A stretch of 64,000 nucleotides of DNA from Candidatus Omnitrophota bacterium. GTDB lineage: Bacteria > Omnitrophota > Gorgyraeia > Tantalellales > Tantalellaceae. The stretch covers positions 40,034-104,033 of the forward strand of contig JADGBR010000005.1 in assembly GCA_015231405.1 (NCBI GenBank), written 5' to 3'. The translations under genes were made by a program, and so were the position numbers. Below, one piece after another: positions 61,501 through 64,000 of the stretch. Below the pieces are notes generated by a model. The model was not told the DNA's origin. It did no database searches and was given only the letters and a program-made list of their open reading frames with translations. Position 1 is the first letter of the stretch, and each line of letters starts with the position of its first letter.

Positions 61501-64000
61501 TATCACCGTCATCGTCGACGCTTATTTTACGGTCCGCACCCGCCTTTATTCTTATACCTATATCACCGAATTTTATCGCCCCGAGATAAGCCCCGCTCGT
61601 ACGGTCGACTATAGTTATGCCCTCCTTCTTCTCTTCACTGCCGAGAAGCAAGAGCCGCCCGTGCTTCTCGAGGGCTATGCCGGTCAAATATCTATGATCG
61701 GCAGCGCCAGGCAGGGACTCATCCCGCGATGCCCTGACTTTATCAAGCGCCTTTACCTCTTCCCCATTAACAATATAGTAGACATTACCATTTTCACCGT
61801 TCTCAACCGTAAAGTCGACGACCCCTTCACCTATATCGCAATAACCTATGCCCAAAAAAGCAAGGTCCCTAAGATCGTCTTTCCCGGTTTTTACTAAATA
61901 ATATCTTTTAGGACCGGACCAATCAGGGGCATAGGCATGTTCAAAAAGATAATATAGGCACCCCTGATCATCCGCCTTCATTTCGATGAGCCCGCCCAAC
62001 GCCACTATGCCCGAGTACATCCCATAGACAGGTATAGTAACCGGTCCGCCTTCGCCTTTACTCCTGTATTTCACCGCTCCAACGTCCTCATAGAATACGA
62101 CAGGGGTGTCATTATTGCTTATAGTTACCGCCTTTATCTTCAGCCTTTCGCCGCTACTCTCGATGAATATCCGCCCGTTCTCGCCTATCGCCGGGTTTAT
62201 TACCCAGTTCTTGTCGTACACGATTATCTCGTTCGCGCCTTTGTTCAGGACGTATTTGTTGCCTTTAGCGTCGCTCTTGACATGGCCTATGTCGGTGATC
62301 CTGTATGTATCGTCCGACGTCCCACGTCCTACGTCCCACGTCCTACGTTCAACGTCTGACGTCCTACGTCCTACGTCCAACGTCCCACGGAAACCAGTTT
62401 GCCCCTTCTCAACTTCCGCCAGATACACCCCGTATTCCACCCCCGCCAACTCTTTGAGCGTCGCCAAATGATCTGCCGCAGCTTCAATGCTTTCCGAACT
62501 CACCGGCTTTGGCCTAGGCGGCAGTACCGGCTCGACCGGTCCGGCCCGTACGGGCTCGACTCGCTTTCTCATCCACTCGACCGGCTCGAGGCGCATCTCC
62601 TGGCGGGCTACTCTGCCATCGGGCATGACGAACGCCATATTCCCCGCTCCGGTGATAAAATCTCCCGCATCGGGGACTCTCCCATTATCCACTTCCAAAT
62701 ATCCGCCTTCGCCTATACCCTCGTCGAGTTTCCCGGTATGGGGATCAACGACCGCCGCCCTTCGCCCGTTTTTATCGAAAAATATCAACCTGTTCATCTC
62801 GCGGTCAAATGCCGCCTGAGCGGCGTTAACGCCGAATTTAGAGTCGCTGAAACTCGCCACCTCATGGGCCCTATTATTTTCAATATCGATATTAGCTAAC
62901 ACATCGACCGCCAGAAGCCCTTCTCCCAAAGGCGAAGTATGCGCGTAAACTACTGAGAGTTCGTCATTTTCGCCGAAAAATATCTTTCTCGCCGAGGTAG
63001 AAACTATCCCTTTCGCGTTTGCCATATTTTTCCAAACCGGCGAATATTTCACCGGCGCCGTCGGCTCGCGCCATATCTCAAATATGCCGTTTTCCAGGAG
63101 TACGAATATCTCGCCCCTTGAATTGACATCCATTGATATCCCTTTACAATTACCTCCGCGGGCCCTGATCGTCCCCTTATCGGCCGTGACGGTATCCAGG
63201 GACCCGTCGGGATTAAAGAAATAAACGATATTCTCGGTGGCCGTGGCGCAAAGGACCAGGATCTTGATACCTGTCCCGGTATCGGGCATTACTGCCATGG
63301 CCTTCACTTCCTGCATGTAAAAATGCACATCCTGAGTCTCCCCTGGAAGCCGGAATGTTACCCTCCCGTCCGGAGCGCCGATAAAGTTACGGACTACGGT
63401 GCCGTCAGTCATTATCTTGTTAATGAAATACAGAGCGGTCCCGGCGACAGGAGGCGCGGCTGACTTTTCGGCGAAATAGATATTTCCTTCATTGTCGGTC
63501 GCTTTGAACGTCGGCTCCAGGTATTGATCTTTGGTAACGGTCACTTCGGGTTTATTGATAAGCGGTATCGTAACCCGGCTTTCGGACGCTTCGTCCGTGA
63601 CTATGAGCCCGCCTTCTTTATCGAATTTTATGTCGATGGGCGTTGTTATGCCGAATTCTTTAAGGTCTATCTCTCCGTCATCCGCGAAATCCGTATCGGA
63701 GGTGCCGTCGGGCCTGTATATGAGAAGGATGTTCTTTTCTTTCGAGGCCAGGAATATCCTTTTAGAATAGAGGTCGACGGCTATCGAGAACTCTGTGCCG
63801 TATTTTCTGTCGATCTTGATCGCACCCATTTTTGATCCCGACGTGCTGAACGGGACCATCCTTTCATTCTTGTCCATCCTGACAAGATACGCGCCGTCGG
63901 CGTTGGAGCACATGACAAGGATATTTTCATTCACATCCAGCGCCATATCTCCGGGCGCGACCAGAGCGAGCTGGCCAAAACTTGCGGCAACGCTTTCTAT
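46508..64000 (-). CDS. giant NHL/beta-propeller-repeat protein, 5'-partial (more than 5830 aa; the ORF stays open to the window edge), built of tandem paralogous modules
   Basis: Uninterrupted minus-strand ORF; the frame remains open upstream of the first Met (…LALVAPGD-MALDV…) through position 64000; repeated ...GxIYVxD.../NHL-like blades; five paralogous modules separated by in-frame hairpin linkers. Confidence 0.85.
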   Translation of the reverse strand: MESVAASFGQLALVAPGDMALDVNENILVMCSNADGAYLVRMDKNERMVPFSTSGSKMGAIKIDRKYGTEFSIAVDLYSKRIFLASKEKNILLIYRPDGTSDTDFADDGEIDLKEFGITTPIDIKFDKEGGLIVTDEASESRVTIPLINKPEVTVTKDQYLEPTFKATDNEGNIYFAEKSAAPPVAGTALYFINKIMTDGTVVRNFIGAPDGRVTFRLPGETQDVHFYMQEVKAMAVMPDTGTGIKILVLCATATENIVYFFNPDGSLDTVTADKGTIRARGGNCKGISMDVNSRGEIFVLLENGIFEIWREPTAPVKYSPVWKNMANAKGIVSTSARKIFFGENDELSVVYAHTSPLGEGLLAVDVLANIDIENNRAHEVASFSDSKFGVNAAQAAFDREMNRLIFFDKNGRRAAVVDPHTGKLDEGIGEGGYLEVDNGRVPDAGDFITGAGNMAFVMPDGRVARQEMRLEPVEWMRKRVEPVRAGPVEPVLPPRPKPVSSESIEAAADHLATLKELAGVEYGVYLAEVEKGQTGFRGTLDVGRRTSDVERRTWDVGRGTSDDTYRITDIGHVKSDAKGNKYVLNKGANEIIVYDKNWVINPAIGENGRIFIESSGERLKIKAVTISNNDTPVVFYEDVGAVKYRSKGEGGPVTIPVYGMYSGIVALGGLIEMKADDQGCLYYLFEHAYAPDWSGPKRYYLVKTGKDDLRDLAFLGIGYCDIGEGVVDFTVENGENGNVYYIVNGEEVKALDKVRASRDESLPGAADHRYLTGIALEKHGRLLLLGSEEKKEGITIVDRTSGAYLGAIKFGDIGIRIKAGADRKISVDDDGDILIAENGSDIVWVIDGDTHLLKGYAPGYLKIAIEGVKEPWKLAMDRDNALYTIDKSDKKVKKLIREKHDSAGFTVVKEFGSFNDPADVVIASFNSGLDDNIFVPDMGDNDIKVFDMNGEPETRFGPGGIIGKGMGWFKRPVSVAVDGEVDHRIFVLCLGEEGGAPYIQVLNSNCEPDLTFPSGSRISGLDIKKDAPGNLFVDPVRKIIRTVKEEFNYSGAGVPFRTVMPERLDEPIGMVPFEDHMCYLGRDRTSMVLHRDNGPLPDGIFPLPSGKYVPGGVALYPGTRSGTASPDLVILSPEEKAVYMVPLGAAELRPVMSQEEKANPELRQLRQRVLPKRIADKDNRAVKKEKFIVRRDGHIMSITGNVVKVFAPSGKLELAIGRGTSAPDFVSLDINRPSCMAEDRKTGRVFVADEKGKIFALKSDLRPDTAFGPDGDGILKLQQPDHEPLSMTVDEGERLLYVLCSNNAVYRYHLDTGGFIGRFPHSIGIRDIASGKEGKYYDLYEDRIGWYNAKAAVGGPIFLPNLGHTDPVSVAVDLEGRIAVAFGSGAIVFIDPDTKQPDPSYGKGGVITGGFGKPYDIGFNDKGDLYISSEDIAGLVILPRTHIRPEKFAHKMAQRSSVDSMPNTVMSADGKNKIVMTDAGIDFYTLDGQKDPDKESVPLDEDLAVYMSEPRNIAVDKFGYIYVTNGGAEFPLISKFSPQGKFIRHIGEKTLFNEISQRLLLPVRPNIHAIDIDDEGNIFIVEKTKDVLIAFNERGELNKDLGNMGIIAGITAYFSDTHPFGGIKDIKVNRRTGHICLLTIEGITVLDRYGYLDTRFGVNGTIYDDKLAQAVKLDIDDTGRLSAATSDWKTTEITWDVVDRAMSKGQGSGVKGPAFAKATAGRQGKGEEGPSTIDLPPSTYDTYRLKDIRRVKTDTDGNRYVLNGATNEIVVYDENWRVNKNIGADGKVFMSDGDTGKRRAIWAFTVDRHNRLLVSYKEHKVVRYASGAKEVDREITVPDSLGPGERLSKVIDITTDDQDKIYWLLVTNSGFAVVLKEFVDGGLDPDFVGPTDAKMIKTFGSGFSFCVQDGAEGKLILASIGDRQISIYNKNTGKYAATTLVHGESYGFDFPLDIMHDQNNNLVVLDSEEISGTERVARVTVIDTSSWKKISETRFSGRSFGTMSGDRNGDILFVGEQGKNDIITVADGGTFRIKGYAPGYLKIPFEGVREPFKLDMDHEGALWTIDRADKKVKKLAREKHDGDKFKVVNVAHDKGHPLIDPRDLVIDTLDGGKTMNIFVPDAGDATVKPSIKVYTMKGELDTRCSGSGVIPLEKEEIPLGVTIYKKDNGFAIMVLCKEKDKDKYFVRVIEGELEPAVSILLGSVIKIADNDPALAMDSITWNGNALILTNSATGAVSAMALNGDVLEMKPGYFNNPVSVKAIGEGRTAVLNGDTGSLAVLQDNSGKDYFVIPPSAGAFNEPAGLAANSSWDSFHDLYVINAGDHTISMVPLESLGERPAVTPGEKSDPVLRDLRDISFSPRRIRDFDPPAKEIYFAVLGEDQTIFALNPCAADGKNKRYFTYHPASKSVMAFNSGQELDADFGPDKNGSLQGHQEGVKAIAVDEARRKIYVLTNESLDQVKIFNADTGIMISDFSPLDDQKDVAVDPRDGKICLLSNDGRLELFSDTGQPIETFNLNDYGISPRRLAVDSEGRVFAAYEEGFVGVFGLSLDGKVCVLLESFGYAGKIYGDFDMPFCIGLNNKGDLYVTGLETGLELLPREYIVQAKPFVHATAAFNSRKNDKELFARGTVDYDGNIYVSLYNVDSMKHIIRSSLPGGGPNTDFGVTGEIERGREGILDLKLSADGKNLIVLENGHLVFLKLDGSVDHSEEIQKPGKLAIDGNGFIYVMDPEKGTGAPGEYRIYKYSPNGKFLRAFCDKNELDGYLGQNARFQASVFDIDADGNFFVMGEAWTGQPKIIVSFDEFGRVNKDFGGKERAFAHARYSGLDTYGEVHKLTINRATGHMFLIDREGNVGSGRVEDNRLICLTRDGRLDTRFGGNGIIKDAKFGRVQDTYISAKGELWVFTDGDAHNAVKLTWEGTEGLGHGAEGQKLRGTLDVGRRTSDEGRVTSHVPHPTSYDTYRLTGLGRVKTGLDGNRYVLNGAGNEIVVYDANWRVNTSMGSNGRVFMPKGNAGERHKIEAFALDRKNRLIVYYEEYKGVRYEPGAKKKDIILPGLNRPKFDVKEVMDIAVDDMGSVYWLVRVKDDENEEFMSVVKCSEDGQKDPDFNGPAGNGNFGRVSSLWSFCVEDGANGNLYLAGAVSNEILVFDKNTGKKATPAERLEGVNLGFENHMDIILDKNMNLLILNSFQPDPDKHSERVNRITVIDPRQAKPIRTVSLSPRNLYSLSLDSNGDILVTDFDDNIVYAVDSDTYSIKGYAPGYLKIPFEGVREPFKLDMDDKGALWTIDLADKKLKRLERAGHDGDVFKVTAEVSDDGHPFIDPRDLVIDTVDEGATMNIFVPDAGDGDVKVFDMNGKLDTRFAGSGVISLPDDEIPLGVAVKADNDGTKPAIFVLCKKKELEFHQIYVFNGDGSPYNDFPLGQIMCIGSNDPNLAMDGITYDQVTRHLHLTNSANGSYFKVNIDNFDRDSHPAEFNAPKSIKYLTDGRIAVLNGENGSLALTDGSGISVIPPSAGGFDKPSGFAANADFDPFHDLYVINAGDHTISMVPYGVMGMRPLLTPGEKTSPDLKALRDTAITPKRIREYAPGRKKQNFVVTDKGNIELTNFFCAYDNKRGKFYEESFPVDIDEEGAMKYTLKDPKHLDQYEIASGTHIPNILKAPCKDITVRQNDGTIYLLGENGKLMALSRDKTWLGEWDLNPHGRDPSRLGVDHEGNIFVAYDAGYIVVFDPIAPTLTVNKNFGLSGKIYGNFDKPYCIRLNKKGDLYVTGENTGLELLPREYIRPVIPFKHVPQAIKNGKKGDEVLAAGTVDADGNIYEVWVETRAGGRSVIRSTKPNGEPNMAFNHDSEFNFSAISIFGVNDIRVLPDGKGLAVLDAGGALILIGLNGKLNKIPLKDAPGSPEIKGPDALAVDDKGFIYILDTRRSENTDPCMISKFSPDGTFIKRMAEKKYLEDHFGARFVAVSSFDVDSDGNFYLFGRLDQTGESRMVLSLNEFGLLNKDFGFNGIGHADARYAGIDTFGKVELLRINRLTGHIFLWDKQDNRVMALDRFGRIDTRFGKNGIITDDGFIDPVTMDISGDGSLCVFCKNEPETPVIKWPAMSRGTLDVGRRTSHIPRPTSNGKPNPGDMTVDSKGRIWVINNDTWEINVYDSNWEPTKGFANDGTIVVFSTGQGIRHILKPHSLAVVIDGGEEYLYVSVSDGKVQKFSLHTDPDPKTPKKMNIDGKDVRVFRGWIEGVAIPGITKADRIIYDPDEDGGKLYFIDNGSNKIVKTNLAMTVDGGFLNDITDIIARFYGTGPDRRVKVADMAVMGDSLYALVAGVTPGVRNMLCKMTKDGRLITFSDPLWNSNCYPLSVTPDPNGAFLAVLNSDGSVFILDKDMAHKSTVPDDYSAVDPGYSAQSDTFEGTRSIRFLDTTSGPQRVVVSHSDPGAVIGSVLGVPGVTGILPKYRKTVKGITGDMVDMKRLKFNDTPGAVRWVACLKERSGDEGCRVELYPENGKGPEPTKLSLNSVGIPGGMDIIYDNDQGLHLFLITDKADDTVKVFKWVVNSGVLMPDDRFGNKNGIITGGNRLVAGVTDIVHGRVTTNSGWYLLNKNPGGRPFISAIDYFGSTWADAAGCWHKGHIELTDIPGAMEDPDRLFYDSESHSIFVSSRSKNVVTRISLVEGVEMSQRITHYPVDKPYDIFVKNKALYAASTGSDSVHVIDILSGEILAVIPASAGGFSGLQFLDLSDNRLLAGNTADGTISRSLFDITDIDQLKSLSSVGRPTSHVPRPTLPRLPDPSDMTIDNEGRIWVVNREAKEIQVYSRDWNLIPDMGDNGSFVILSEDGKRIVSPRGVVMDNGGRLYVAGDDGLVRKFYFNDNPVPDYKIVEGRKIKLIKGDYEIKRVPGIDKFDRIIYDPDEDGGRLYFISGDDNRIVKTDMGLVPASDFKEELKDTLDVQVVGKDKVRIVDMAVKGEELLVVISAGKGSTENRIYRLARNGVFSITKSARSQGDPWLNNYPVSVAVNPGQVGFMVLNSDGSVYTFDETMSKTDEKALKFGKMEPPSGAYHTIRAAEMPFGTRVIVSNPGSGTVIDTEPEELNISGVVPRYQRDTVVSEGKPALGVAPFTVGDINYTAVLTDDHGSDHKKAIEISRFSLHGNETVLYLDGSNTATGWPEPNHVKEPAGMAIIQGSGYIRFFIADKGDNTIKVYRYSLSAAPGFWAPDPDYSENGINGIIGAGKDWFKNPVGLAIGGDGLYVLNKGDITEGAYITVVNLKGGSLRSDNNNSWHNGFIKRTTVDLRDADRICFDAESFSLLVSDLQNDMVTRIYLTGSAGKKIESIPVAAPAGMEVVGNKLFIAGLDTDEVTVYDLKESKVLGIIPRGLGGFDGPSHLWYSGDRLFALNEGDGSVSRLLFDVESLQFPEPGSVERRTSHIPRPTSHGIYPTSHGTPDIDKKLEILRAAKEKYNQILAIDREIEEIAAGPDSAGNGAKIAELRKRREGIRDSMKPREKGPVVTKELADAVARLLIVRRAAYIDAAAKVMAAAMPVFGGFEWFRDIVKIIEKQSPATIKAVTRVMAGTAETTAAEYDERASRFVSYAEGHLGKTQGEAEADLAGLASGLEAGTPRSLIIYAEDILDNAVRFDELENSINDMVKEKNILSGGKIILYSRDEKRYAEKGAEADKLAAIIGRAAPGVEIVALKKWEHPKLFTAIDNDPYKDLNTEVETLIKVLNSAARKGGEAQYKPENILGIIRANGINWAKAKLTYKVKVPVIVMNDNVLGVYRFGDLLTRLVGMRASAAKDGEKWKNAAWLDLYTPAVLLDTEMYANYLIYRHQILSRA
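47690..47758. repeat. family B hairpin repeat in frame within the giant gene (linker VERRTSHIPRPTSHGIYPTSHGT)
   Basis: ccatgggacgtgggatatatcccgtgggacgtaggacgtgggatgtgggacgtcctacgttccacgg. Confidence 0.8.
49662..49702. repeat. family B hairpin repeat in frame within the giant gene (linker SSVGRPTSHVPRPT)
   Basis: aacgtaggacgtgggacgtgggacgtgggacgtcctacgg, a near-perfect 10-bp stem. Confidence 0.8.
51631..51690. repeat. family B hairpin repeat in frame within the giant gene (linker GTLDVGRRTSHIPRPTSNG)
   Basis: cgttggacgtgggacgtgggatgtgggacgtcctacgtcctacgtccaacgtcccacggg. Confidence 0.8.
55122..55206. repeat. family B hairpin repeat in frame within the giant gene (linker GTLDVGRRTSDEGRVTSHVPHPTS)
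   Basis: atcgtaggacgtgggatgtgggacgtgggacgttacacgtccttcatccgacgtcctacgtcctacgtccaacgtcccacgtaac. Confidence 0.8.
58775..58870. repeat. degenerate module-junction linker (direct repeats ggtggaagg / gacccttgacccctgaccc) at the position where other junctions carry the family B hairpin
   Basis: atcgtaggtcgaaggtggaaggtcgatggtggaagg ... gacccttgacccctgacccttgcccc encodes ...GQGSGVKGPAFAKATAGRQGKGEEGPSTIDLPPSTYDTYRL. Confidence 0.5.
62311..62390. repeat. family B hairpin repeat read in frame within the giant gene (module linker ...GTLDVGRRTSDVERRTWDVGRGTSDD...)
   Basis: cgtccgacgtcccacgtcctacgtcccacgtcctacgttcaacgtctgacgtcctacgtcctacgtccaacgtcccacgg. Confidence 0.8.

Overview
This 64-kb window comes from a didermic (Gram-negative-type) bacterium of roughly 50% GC. 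A conserved housekeeping core lies on the minus strand between two giant genes (lpxI-fabZ-lpxC-skp-bamA-dnaB, rplI-rpsR-ssb-rpsF, pth-rplY-prs-glmU, tRNA-Gln, a spoVG-like gene, ispE, a split transketolase and hisG). The first giant gene (376..23106, 7576 aa) is a complete secreted protein that also spans the membrane many times. It carries recognisable GH13 amylase-family, M23 peptidase, two HAD phosphatase, transglutaminase-like, glycerol-dehydrogenase/DHQS-like and a 3C-like Cys-protease-like domain, plus internal duplications. The second giant gene (46508 to beyond 64000, more than 5830 aa) is 5'-truncated by the window edge and consists of tandem paralogous NHL/beta-propeller modules. Its module junctions are formed by a GC-rich palindromic hairpin repeat that is read in frame as an RRTSHVPRPTS-type linker. 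The same hairpin also occurs intergenically on both sides of hisG. Three further families of palindromic repeat elements, each built from short mirrored direct repeats, fill many gene junctions. The window also holds a decayed IS66-family transposase that is split at an A6G run and carries a GIY-YIG-like tail. A two-gene cassette (FtsH-like protease plus lipoprotein) separates the transketolase halves. An unannotated 30-aa ultra-basic peptide gene is translationally coupled to a TPR protein. The gene order ispE-spoVG-(tRNA-Gln)-glmU-prs-ctc-pth matches the classic Bacillus-type synteny. The giant genes and this mixture are consistent with an uncultured lineage such as Omnitrophota, but that placement is only inference.
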